Positions 15,423 through 23,621 of a DNA stretch of 35,476 nucleotides are shown piece after piece. Location of the stretch: positions 1 to 35,476 of the forward strand of contig CAYTEE010000002.1 of the NCBI GenBank assembly GCA_964436785.1. Direction: 5' to 3'. This stretch comes from an uncultured Candidatus Saccharibacteria bacterium (GTDB lineage Bacteria > Patescibacteriota > Minisyncoccia > UBA6257 > 2-01-FULL-56-20). Each line of letters begins with the position of its first letter. The first letter of the stretch is position 1. The translations under genes and the position numbers were made by a program. The notes under the pieces were generated by a model, which saw only the letters and a list, made by a program, of their open reading frames with translations, did not search any database and had not been told where the DNA came from.

Positions 15423-16793
15423 ATGGCTAATCCGCCGACTGGCGGAGGCGGACTAATCACTATGCTCACCGCCATCATCGTCATCATCGGGCTTTCGCTC
15501 CTTATCCTCGGCCACGAGGCGGGGCATTTTTTCGCGGCAAAATTATTTAAGCTCCGAGTGGACGAGTTCGGTTTCGGATTTCCGCCGCGGATGTTCGCAT
15601 GGCGACCAAAGCACCGGATTAAAGAAGGAGAGACCCTTCGACAGGCTCAGGGTGAAACTGAGTACAGTTTCAACTGGCTTCCGTTCGGCGGGTTTGTGAA
15701 GATCGCCGGAGAGAACGACCAATTTGACGAGCAAAGCGAGAAGCCCGTAGAGGACGAACGCAAAAGATTTTTTTACGCGCAGACTGCATGGCGGCGGAGC
15801 GTCATAATCCTCGCGGGAGTTTTTATGAATTTTCTTCTCGGATGGGTTTTGCTTTCGGCGGTCCTTGCGATGGGAATCCCCGGAGCCGTTGTCGTAACCG
15901 GCGTAACTCCCTCTTCGTCCGCCCTTGCCGCGGGATTTAAAGAGAATGACATCATCAAGGGGTATACCCTCGTGGGCGACCTTACGGCGGAGATACAAAA
16001 AGCGAAGACCGGGGCGATTTCGGTCAAAGTTCTCCGCGAAACCGGGAGTGTTGCGCTTGAGCTCGCAGGGCAGGGAGAACTTGGGTTGATCCCGGACGCG
16101 GTATTCGTTTCAAAAGTCCTTCCGGATTCGCCGGCGGAGAGCGCGGGATTGCGGGAGGGGGATATCGTAAAGGGATTTTCTTCGATCGGATCGTTCATCT
16201 TATACGTGAACGCAAATCGCGGGGAGCGCATTGAACTGGAACTTATCCGAAACGGGAAAACGGTATCCGCCGCTCCGATAGTGCGGATGGACACGGAAAA
16301 AGGCGGACTCGGCGTTTTTTTGGCCGGCGGAACTTTCCTCTCGCGCGAAGGGCTGCTTCTTACGGAAGTCGGAACCTCGAAAAAGAATATATTCGCCGCG
16401 ATTATTACGGGCGGCGAGGAAACGCTTTCTCTCTCGTGGCTTACGCTCAAGGGATTCGGTTCTCTTATCGCGGACCTGGTAACCCGGGCATCGCTTCAGG
16501 AAGGCGTCGTGGGGCCGATAGGGATCTTTTCTTTTGCGAACCAGGCGGGCCAATTCGGGTTTTCGAACCTCCTGTATTTGATCGCGGTCATTTCCATCAA
16601 TCTTGCGGTGATAAACCTTGTTCCGTTCCCGGCGCTGGACGGAGGGCGTTTTTTCCTGATCCTCCTTGAGAAGATCAAGGGTTCGCCGATCTCCCAAAAG
16701 ATAGAGGGGGCGATAAACACCGTAGGATTTGCGCTTATTATCCTGCTTATGCTCGCGCTAAGCGTTCGGGATATTGCGAAACTTTTCTTGTAG
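15423..16793 (+). CDS. rseP: RIP metalloprotease RseP (site-2 protease, M50) with PDZ domains
   Basis: HEAGHFFAAK (HExxH) and NLVPFPALDGG motifs, with PDZ-like segments between them. The alternative start at 15462 (MLTAII) would place the GC hairpin just upstream of the gene. Confidence 0.9.
   Translation: MANPPTGGGGLITMLTAIIVIIGLSLLILGHEAGHFFAAKLFKLRVDEFGFGFPPRMFAWRPKHRIKEGETLRQAQGETEYSFNWLPFGGFVKIAGENDQFDEQSEKPVEDERKRFFYAQTAWRRSVIILAGVFMNFLLGWVLLSAVLAMGIPGAVVVTGVTPSSSALAAGFKENDIIKGYTLVGDLTAEIQKAKTGAISVKVLRETGSVALELAGQGELGLIPDAVFVSKVLPDSPAESAGLREGDIVKGFSSIGSFILYVNANRGERIELELIRNGKTVSAAPIVRMDTEKGGLGVFLAGGTFLSREGLLLTEVGTSKKNIFAAIITGGEETLSLSWLTLKGFGSLIADLVTRASLQEGVVGPIGIFSFANQAGQFGFSNLLYLIAVISINLAVINLVPFPALDGGRFFLILLEKIKGSPISQKIEGAINTVGFALIILLMLALSVRDIAKLFL
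15429..15447 (+). repeat. 19-nt GC hairpin AATCCGCCGACTGGCGGAG at the rseP 5' end (encodes NPPTGG if translated)
   Basis: 18/19 identical to 8179..8197. Confidence 0.7.
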
Positions 16794-16841
16794 CGGAGTT
16801 TTCCCTGCTTCTTGGCGGATGATGTTCTATAATAAAGGGAG

Positions 16842-18347
16842 ATGTCTCTCCTCATTAAAAACGTACAAATTTTGGGCGGGGAAACAAAATTTCCCGACCG
16901 CGCGGACCTTTTTGTGGTCGGAGACAGGATATCCGCGATAGGAAATTTTACCGAAAAAAAGGCGAAGCGCGTGATCGATGGGCAGGGAGCATATCTCGCT
17001 CCGGGGTTCATTGACGTGAACACGGACTCAGACCACTATCTGAGCGTCTTTGATAACCCGAGCCAGGACGATTTTTTGCGGCAAGGCGTAACGACGATCA
17101 TCGGCGGGCATTGCGGTTCGTCCCTTGCGCCGCTCCTTTATGGCGGCCTTGAATCGATACAAAAATGGGCGGACACAAGAAAGGCGATCGTGAATTGGCA
17201 TACCATGGGAGAATTTTTGGCGTTTTTGGACCGGAAGCCCCTCGCCGTAAATTTCCTGACGCTCGTCGGGCATTCCACTATCCGCCGCGCGATGATCGGG
17301 GAACAACTTCGGAATCTTACCCAGAACGAACTCATTGTTTTTGGAGAAACATTGCGGCGGGCGCTTGCCGAAGGAGGAGCCGGCCTCTCGACGGGACTCG
17401 CGTATGTGCACAGCCGTGGAACGCCGTATTCGGAAATAAAATTTCTCGCGGGGATAGCGAAAGAACGGAACGGCGTTTATTCCACCCATCTCCGGACAAG
17501 TGGAGCCGACTTGGGCGGAGCGATCGACGAAACCGTCCGCATCGCGAGCGAAACGGGGATCACAACCCTGATCAGCCACTTTATGCCGCTTGTGGGCGCC
17601 GAGAAGGAATACGAGGCCGCGCTCGAGTTGCTTGGCGGACTTCCCAGGGAAGTTAACCTCCGGTTCGATCTCTACCCGTTCGAAACGAGCGTTTTGCCGC
17701 TCTACGCGTTCCTGCCGCTCTGGGTGCAAAACGGCGGTGCGGATGTAATGGTGAGTAACATAGAGGACGGCTGGATGCGTGAGCGCATCATGAAAGATTT
17801 TGTCCCGATCAACCCGAAAAATTTTGTGATCGCGCACGCGGTAGGAAACCCCGCGCTTCATGGTTTGTCCCTCGTAGACCTTATGGAACATTATTCGGTC
17901 GCCGACTATAAAAGCGCGCTCATGCGCCTTATGCTTTCCACAAAACTCCGCGCATCCATTTTTTACAAGAACATCAATACCGATCTGATCCGAAAGGGGA
18001 TCACGCATCCGCGGTCGTTCGTTTCTTCGAATTCCGCGAGCCTTCTCGAGAGCCGGAAGTTCGAGCAGCCGGAACGCGCGTCAAAGACGTTCACGAGATT
18101 TTTGGAACTTGTCGTGAGTGAAAATATCATGCCGCTTGAAGACGCGATCCGTAAAATTACCGCGGAGCCGGCGCAGGCGTTCCGCCTTAAGAACAGGGGG
18201 AGCATCCGCGAAGGGAATATCGCCGACCTTGTTTGCTTCCGCGATATCGAAGTGAAGGCGACCGTCGTGAACGGAGAAGTGGCGTTCGAAAACGGCGTGT
18301 TCCAGAAAAAATTCTCCGGGAAAGCGCTGCGCTACTATGGCAATTAA
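16842..18347 (+). CDS. D-aminoacylase / N-acyl-D-amino-acid deacylase family amidohydrolase with degenerate HxH motif
   Basis: APGFIDVNTDSDH and GVTTIIGGHCGSSLAP match the family, but the canonical H-x-H is N-T-D here (17019-17027). Confidence 0.7.
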   Translation: MSLLIKNVQILGGETKFPDRADLFVVGDRISAIGNFTEKKAKRVIDGQGAYLAPGFIDVNTDSDHYLSVFDNPSQDDFLRQGVTTIIGGHCGSSLAPLLYGGLESIQKWADTRKAIVNWHTMGEFLAFLDRKPLAVNFLTLVGHSTIRRAMIGEQLRNLTQNELIVFGETLRRALAEGGAGLSTGLAYVHSRGTPYSEIKFLAGIAKERNGVYSTHLRTSGADLGGAIDETVRIASETGITTLISHFMPLVGAEKEYEAALELLGGLPREVNLRFDLYPFETSVLPLYAFLPLWVQNGGADVMVSNIEDGWMRERIMKDFVPINPKNFVIAHAVGNPALHGLSLVDLMEHYSVADYKSALMRLMLSTKLRASIFYKNINTDLIRKGITHPRSFVSSNSASLLESRKFEQPERASKTFTRFLELVVSENIMPLEDAIRKITAEPAQAFRLKNRGSIREGNIADLVCFRDIEVKATVVNGEVAFENGVFQKKFSGKALRYYGN

Positions 18348-19449
18348 GTTCCGGAAAGCCGGCCACGCGCCGGATTATATCTTTCTCGCGCTCATTTTTG
18401 TGATCTCCGTTTTTGGGCTGGTGATGCTCACGAGCGCGTCCTCCGAACTCGGGAAGGTAAATTTCGACAACACCTATTATTACGTCGAACACCAGATCAT
18501 CTACGGGTTCGGCATCGGGATTGCCGGGTTCATCGCCGCGTCGTTCCTGTATTACCGCGCATATCAGAAATTAGCGCTCCTGCTTCTTGTTTTGAACATC
18601 ATCCTGCTCGCCCTTGTGTTCACCGATTTTGGGCACACTGCAGGGGGCGCCGGCCGGTGGCTGAATATCGGGCCGATAACGTTCCAGCCGTCGGAAATAT
18701 TAAAGCTTACCTATATTATGTATCTGGCGGCGTGGCTCGGAAATACAAGCAAAGGGCGCGGCAAAAATTTCTTTGAAGGGTTCGTCCCGCTTGCGATCGT
18801 TTCCGCGGTGATAGCGGGCTTGCTTGTAGCGCAGCCCTCGACGAGCACAGTAGCTATTTTATTGGCTGCCGGCGCCGCCGTTTATTTTGTAGGAGGCGCG
18901 CGATGGAAATATATCGCGATCGGAGGGCTTTTGGGGGCAGTAGCGCTTGCAGCGCTTATATTTTTGACGCCATATCGCCTGAGCCGGATCGTGAGCTTCT
19001 TTAATCCCGCAGAAAACAGCGAAAGCACAACCGGGTTTCATATCGGCGAGGCGCTTAACTCAATAGGTTCCGGCGGGGTGTTTGGGTTGGGTTATGGAAA
19101 GTCGCCGATCAAGGCGGCGCGCCTTCCTGCAAGCGTGAATGATTCAATATTTGCTATTATTGCATCCGAATTCGGGTTTGTCGGCGCGGGATTGCTCGCC
19201 GCGCTCTTCTGTTTTCTTACGCTTCGCATTTTTTGGATAGCGAAAAATCTTCGCGACCGATTCGGGCAATATCTTTTGATCGGGTTCGGCTGTATCATGG
19301 GCATTCAGGCGTTCGTGAATATGGCCGCCATCTCGAGCCTTATCCCATTGACCGGCGTGCCGCTTCCCTTCATAAGTTACGGCGGCACCGCGCTTGCGGT
19401 CTTTTTGACGATGGCCGGAATAATCACTAACATTTCAAAATACACGTAA
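18337..19449 (+). CDS. ftsW: SEDS-family peptidoglycan glycosyltransferase FtsW/RodA
   Basis: About 10 TM segments and a FQPSEILKL motif. It lies immediately upstream of murG. Confidence 0.85.
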   Translation: MAIKFRKAGHAPDYIFLALIFVISVFGLVMLTSASSELGKVNFDNTYYYVEHQIIYGFGIGIAGFIAASFLYYRAYQKLALLLLVLNIILLALVFTDFGHTAGGAGRWLNIGPITFQPSEILKLTYIMYLAAWLGNTSKGRGKNFFEGFVPLAIVSAVIAGLLVAQPSTSTVAILLAAGAAVYFVGGARWKYIAIGGLLGAVALAALIFLTPYRLSRIVSFFNPAENSESTTGFHIGEALNSIGSGGVFGLGYGKSPIKAARLPASVNDSIFAIIASEFGFVGAGLLAALFCFLTLRIFWIAKNLRDRFGQYLLIGFGCIMGIQAFVNMAAISSLIPLTGVPLPFISYGGTALAVFLTMAGIITNISKYT

Positions 19450-19451
19450 CA

Positions 19452-20636
19452 ATGGCCCAAAACAAAAAGATCCGCATTCTTCTCACGGGCGGCGGAAGCG
19501 GGGGGCATGTCTATCCGCTTCTTGCGGTCACCGAGGCGCTCCGGGCGGTTACGGCATCGGAGAATATTTCGGCGATGTTTTTTTTCATGGGACCGAAAGA
19601 TCGGTACCGTTCCATGTTCGACGGATTCGGCGTTTCTTCTTCGCCGATCCTTGCGGGGAAATATCGCCGGTATTTTTCGCCACTAAACGTGCTGGACGCG
19701 ATCAAATTCTTCCTGGGAACGATACAGGCGTTTTTTAAGATGTTTTTGATCATGCCGGACGTGATCTTTTCGAAAGGAGGCCCGGGCGCGCTTTCCGTGG
19801 TATTCGCCGGATGGTTTTTCAGGATCCCTATCGTCATTCACGAATCCGATGTCACCCCGGGCGTCACCAATATGCTCTCCAGTATTTTTGCAAGGAGAAT
19901 ATTGGTAAGTTTCGAAGCGACTCTCAAGCTGTTCTCTCGGGAAAAAACTATTTTTACCGGAAATCCCGGGCGGCGGAGTTCCGAGAAACCCGTCACCCCG
20001 GAAGAAGCGAAACAGAGATTGGGATTTGATCCGAAAAAACCGCTCACCATGTTTTTGGGGGGTTCCCAGGGGTCGGCAAAGATCAACGAGTTTGTGGTGA
20101 GTAATCTTACCTCTCTTCTTCAGGTAACGCAGATCGCGCATCAAACCGGCGAGGGGCAATTTGCGGAGATCGAAAAGCTCGCCCGCGCGGCTCGGCCGGA
20201 CGTAAAAATAATGAAAGTGGATGTGGTGCGGATTCCATCCCTTGGAGACGAACGAACATTCCCGTATCAGATCAGCCCGTATCTGGAGAATGAATTTGAA
20301 CTCGTGTTCATTGCGGCGGACGCGGTAGTAAGCCGCGCGGGGAGCGGTGCGATATCGACCATCGCAGCATTCGGCAAGCCCTCTATCCTTATTCCGCACC
20401 CCTTGCCGGCATCGGCGAACGATCACCAGCGGGCGAACGCGTACGAATACGCAAAGAGCGGAGCGGCGAAGGTCATCGAGGAGGTGAATCTCGTACACGA
20501 AATTTTTGTCCGCGAGCTTTCCGATATTATTGAACACGCCGATGTGCGGGAAAAAATGGAAGCGGCCGCGCGCGCGTCTTTCAATCCGCAGATCCCCGAG
20601 ACGATAGCGAAGGAGATTCTTGCGGTTGTCGGCTAG
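19452..20636 (+). CDS. murG: UDP-GlcNAc:lipid I GlcNAc transferase MurG
   Basis: N-terminal G-loop TGGGSGGHVYPLLAV, plus the C-terminal SRAGSGAISTIAAFGKPSILIP and the conserved HQ..NA segment. Confidence 0.9.
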   Translation: MAQNKKIRILLTGGGSGGHVYPLLAVTEALRAVTASENISAMFFFMGPKDRYRSMFDGFGVSSSPILAGKYRRYFSPLNVLDAIKFFLGTIQAFFKMFLIMPDVIFSKGGPGALSVVFAGWFFRIPIVIHESDVTPGVTNMLSSIFARRILVSFEATLKLFSREKTIFTGNPGRRSSEKPVTPEEAKQRLGFDPKKPLTMFLGGSQGSAKINEFVVSNLTSLLQVTQIAHQTGEGQFAEIEKLARAARPDVKIMKVDVVRIPSLGDERTFPYQISPYLENEFELVFIAADAVVSRAGSGAISTIAAFGKPSILIPHPLPASANDHQRANAYEYAKSGAAKVIEEVNLVHEIFVRELSDIIEHADVREKMEAAARASFNPQIPETIAKEILAVVG

Positions 20637-20640
20637 CCCA

Positions 20641-20669
20641 TTAAAATCTCTGCAATTCCGTGGTATTAT
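20641..20669 (+). promoter_or_regulatory. Candidate extended -10 promoter of gltX (near-leaderless)
   Basis: TTAAAA (20641-20646), 17-nt spacer, TGgTATTAT (20661-20669). The ATG lies 6 nt downstream. Confidence 0.4.
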
Positions 20670-20675
20670 TAAGGA

Positions 20676-22130
20676 ATGACGGCCGAAACACGCGAAGTTC
20701 GAGTTAGATTAGCGCCCAGTCCGACCGGCTTTTTCCATATGGGAACGGCGCGAACCGCCATTTTTAATTGGCTTTTCGCCCGCCAGCATGGCGGATCATT
20801 CATACTCCGCATCGAAGATACGGACCGGGAACGTTCCCGCCGCGAATTCGAGGATTCTATCACGCATGGGCTCCGCTGGCTCGGCCTTGAATGGGATGAG
20901 GGCCCCGACGGAAACCACGGGAAGGAAAAAGGAAAATATGGGCCGTATCGCCAAAGCGAACGAGTAGAAATATACGAGAAGAGCCTTGAACGGCTGCTCC
21001 GCGAGGGACGGGCATATTATTGCTACTGCACAAAGGAGGAATTGGAAGCCGAACGGCAGGGTCTTTTGGCGGAAGGCCTCCCGCCGCGATACAGCGGGCA
21101 CTGCCGGGAGCAAAAAACGCCGCCGCACGGAAAGAGCCCGCAAGTGATCCGCTTCCGCATGCCGGAAGGAATTGTCGAGGTCAAAGACCTGATCCGGGGA
21201 ACGGTTTCGTTCGATATGAATCTTATCGGGGACATAGTGATCGCGAAAGATATACATACACCCCTTTATAATTTTGCCGTTGCCGTCGACGATGAAGAAA
21301 TGAAAATATCTCACGTGATACGCGGAGAGGATCACTTATCGAACACGCCGAAGCAGATCGTCATTCAGCGCGCACTGGGATTCTTGGAACCGGTCTACGC
21401 CCATCTTCCACTTATTCTCTCCGGCGCGAGAGCCAAGCTTTCAAAACGCGATATGGAAACATCTCTTTTAGACTACAAGGCGCGCGGATATCTCCCCGAA
21501 GCGATGGTGAATTTTCTCGCGCTTCTAGGGTGGCATCCGACGGACAATAAGGAGGTTTTTACGCAAGACGAGCTTCTCGCGAAATTCAACCTCAAGCGGG
21601 TCCAAAAATCTGGCGCGGTATGGAGCGGAGAAAAACTCGACTGGGTGAACGGAGAACATATAAAATCCCTGAAACCGAAAGAGCTCGTAAAACGGATACG
21701 GGAATTCGCGAAAGAAGAAAAACGGACGGTGGCGGACAGTGCATCTTTTGAAAAGATCGCCACGCTCGAGCAGGGCCGCCTCGCGCGGCTTGCCGACTTT
21801 TTTGATCTGGCGGATTTCTTTTTCTCGCTTCCGGAATACGAAGCGGGCCTCCTCGCGTGGCAGAATGATACGCCGGAGAAAACACAGCACACCCTTGAGG
21901 AATCTCTCTCTATCCTCCGGGCGATTCCGCAGAAAAAATTTTTACGCGATACGATCGAACACGCACTTGGCGAGCTTATCGCGCGCGAGGGAAGGGGATC
22001 GGTGTTATGGCCGCTTCGAGCCGCGCTTTCGGGAAAGAAAGCGTCCCCCGACCCGTTGGATATTATGGAGATCTTAGGGCACGATGAAACGACGCGGCGG
22101 ATATCTTCCGCTATCGAAAAACTAAAATGA
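20676..22130 (+). CDS. gltX: Glutamate--tRNA ligase
   Basis: RLAPSPTGFFHMGTARTA (HIGH-type motif) and KLSKR (KMSKS-type motif). Confidence 0.92.
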   Translation: MTAETREVRVRLAPSPTGFFHMGTARTAIFNWLFARQHGGSFILRIEDTDRERSRREFEDSITHGLRWLGLEWDEGPDGNHGKEKGKYGPYRQSERVEIYEKSLERLLREGRAYYCYCTKEELEAERQGLLAEGLPPRYSGHCREQKTPPHGKSPQVIRFRMPEGIVEVKDLIRGTVSFDMNLIGDIVIAKDIHTPLYNFAVAVDDEEMKISHVIRGEDHLSNTPKQIVIQRALGFLEPVYAHLPLILSGARAKLSKRDMETSLLDYKARGYLPEAMVNFLALLGWHPTDNKEVFTQDELLAKFNLKRVQKSGAVWSGEKLDWVNGEHIKSLKPKELVKRIREFAKEEKRTVADSASFEKIATLEQGRLARLADFFDLADFFFSLPEYEAGLLAWQNDTPEKTQHTLEESLSILRAIPQKKFLRDTIEHALGELIAREGRGSVLWPLRAALSGKKASPDPLDIMEILGHDETTRRISSAIEKLK

Positions 22131-23476
22131 TGCCAACGATAAAACAACGATGCGCCTTTATGGCGGCCTTATTGCTGCTTGCGGGGACATTTACGGGAAT
22201 TGGGGCGAAAGCCGCAACCAGCTCCGACGCGTTCGATCCGAATGCATCGACCACCGAATCCATGCGGAATTCTTTGCAACGGCAGATCGAACTCCGGGCG
22301 AAAGATCTGGAACGCGTTAATCAGGAGCTTGTGCAATCCCAGAAAACCCTCAATGAAACCCAAACCCAGAAAACAGGCCTTCAAAAAGAACTGAATAACA
22401 TCCAATACAACACCAATCAGCTGAAACTCAATATCCAATCGGACGAGATCACCATCCAGAAATTAAGCCTAGAGGTCAAAACCCTCCAGTTTGATATCCA
22501 AGACATCAACGCGTCGACGAAAGACAAACGGGCGGCGATCGCGCAGATCTTCCGCGAATTACAGCGCGCCGGAGACAGAAGTTTTCTCATCACCTTCTTG
22601 AAAAGCGCAAGTCTTGCGGACAGCGTGATGCAGGCGCAATCCCTGAACGACTTGAACTCAAAGCTTTCTGTGGACGTCGAGACCCTGAAAGGGCTGCACG
22701 AAGAACTGACAAAAAAGGTCTCCGAATCGAATAATAAGAAAGCCCAAACGGATCAGCACCAGGCAAATCTTCAGAATCGGAAGGTTATTCTTCAGGAACA
22801 GCAAACCGAAAGGCAAACTCTTCTTACACAGACGAAAAACAAAGAAACGGTGTATGCGAAACAAGTCGCCGATCTTAAAAAACTCCAGGAAGATATCGCC
22901 GCCGAGATCGAAGCGATAGACGCCGAACTGCGGGCGAACATCGACCCTAATCTTCTCCCGGGCGCCAAGCCGGGAGTGCTTCTCTGGCCGGTAAATGGAG
23001 GAAGGCTTACACAGGGGTATGGCGCCACGGATTTTGCCCTTCAGGCATATGCGGGAAAGCGGCATAATGGGATCGATATCGGAGGCCTTGCCCTGGGAGC
23101 CGAAATTTATGCGGCAGAAGACGGGACGGTGATAAACACGGGAGACCAGGATAAATTTTGCTACAAAGGCGCCTATGGAAAATTTGTCGTCGTCAAGCAT
23201 CAGAACGGACTCACAACGCTTTACGCCCATCTCTCGAGGATCGGGACGAGTATCGGCCAGGAAGTGAAAAGGGGAGACGTTATCGGATATCTCGGAAAAA
23301 CCGGCTATGCGACCGGGCCGCATCTTCACTTCACCGTATTCGCCACTCAAACCATTCCCCAAGGGACAAGCCCAGAAGGGACAAAACCGTCGCGTTCGTG
23401 CGGGCCGATGCCGGTCGGCGGAGATATAAGTCCGCTTCGCTACCTTGATTCTTCCCGGGTTTCCGCTGCGCGGTAA
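22127..23476 (+). CDS. M23 (LytM-type) peptidase with long N-terminal coiled coil (EnvC-like)
   Basis: Signal or anchor segment, about 250 aa of heptad-rich Q/E/K/L sequence, then HNGIDIGG ... GYLGKTGYATGPHLHFTVF. Confidence 0.88.
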   Translation: MMPTIKQRCAFMAALLLLAGTFTGIGAKAATSSDAFDPNASTTESMRNSLQRQIELRAKDLERVNQELVQSQKTLNETQTQKTGLQKELNNIQYNTNQLKLNIQSDEITIQKLSLEVKTLQFDIQDINASTKDKRAAIAQIFRELQRAGDRSFLITFLKSASLADSVMQAQSLNDLNSKLSVDVETLKGLHEELTKKVSESNNKKAQTDQHQANLQNRKVILQEQQTERQTLLTQTKNKETVYAKQVADLKKLQEDIAAEIEAIDAELRANIDPNLLPGAKPGVLLWPVNGGRLTQGYGATDFALQAYAGKRHNGIDIGGLALGAEIYAAEDGTVINTGDQDKFCYKGAYGKFVVVKHQNGLTTLYAHLSRIGTSIGQEVKRGDVIGYLGKTGYATGPHLHFTVFATQTIPQGTSPEGTKPSRSCGPMPVGGDISPLRYLDSSRVSAAR

Positions 23477-23478
23477 TA

Positions 23479-23621
23479 ATGGATCCCTCACCCTTGTGCG
23501 ATCACGCATACATAGAATACAAATTATTATGAAAAAAGTTTTATATTCCACTTTTATGGATGAGGCTAATAGGCCGCCAGCTATAGTCGCGGAGCGACAA
23601 ATCGCACAAGGGTGAGGGATG
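23479..23621 (+). promoter_or_regulatory. Start-codon-abutting inverted-repeat element, copy C (best copy)
   Basis: A perfect 20-bp helix, 23483-23502 with 23601-23620, includes the A and T of the murE ATG (23619). The interior is 98 nt. The left end is ATGGAT-CCCTCACC and the right end is GGTGAGGG-ATG. Confidence 0.75.

Noticed and set aside
15640-15662. CCCTTCGACAGGCTCAGGGTGA inside rseP (encodes LRQAQGE) as another inserted repeat element
   Set aside because: It resembles repeat-derived peptide motifs I recall from other uncultivated genomes. However, it has no second copy in this window and no convincing palindrome, so I cannot support the call.
17028-18008. 326-aa minus-strand ORF inside the amidohydrolase gene (similar shadows at 22658..23551, 15773..16450, 19683..20537 and 13397..14092)
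   Set aside because: All lie antisense to well-supported genes, have Arg-rich unstructured translations, and would overlap completely. I treat them as non-coding shadows.
23485-23618. CRISPR array or integron attC interpretation of the repeated inverted repeats
   Set aside because: The copies are inverted, not direct, repeats; they are kilobases apart and sit next to housekeeping genes. There are no cas or intI genes and no GTTRRRY core. Only the idea of structure being conserved over sequence resembles attC.
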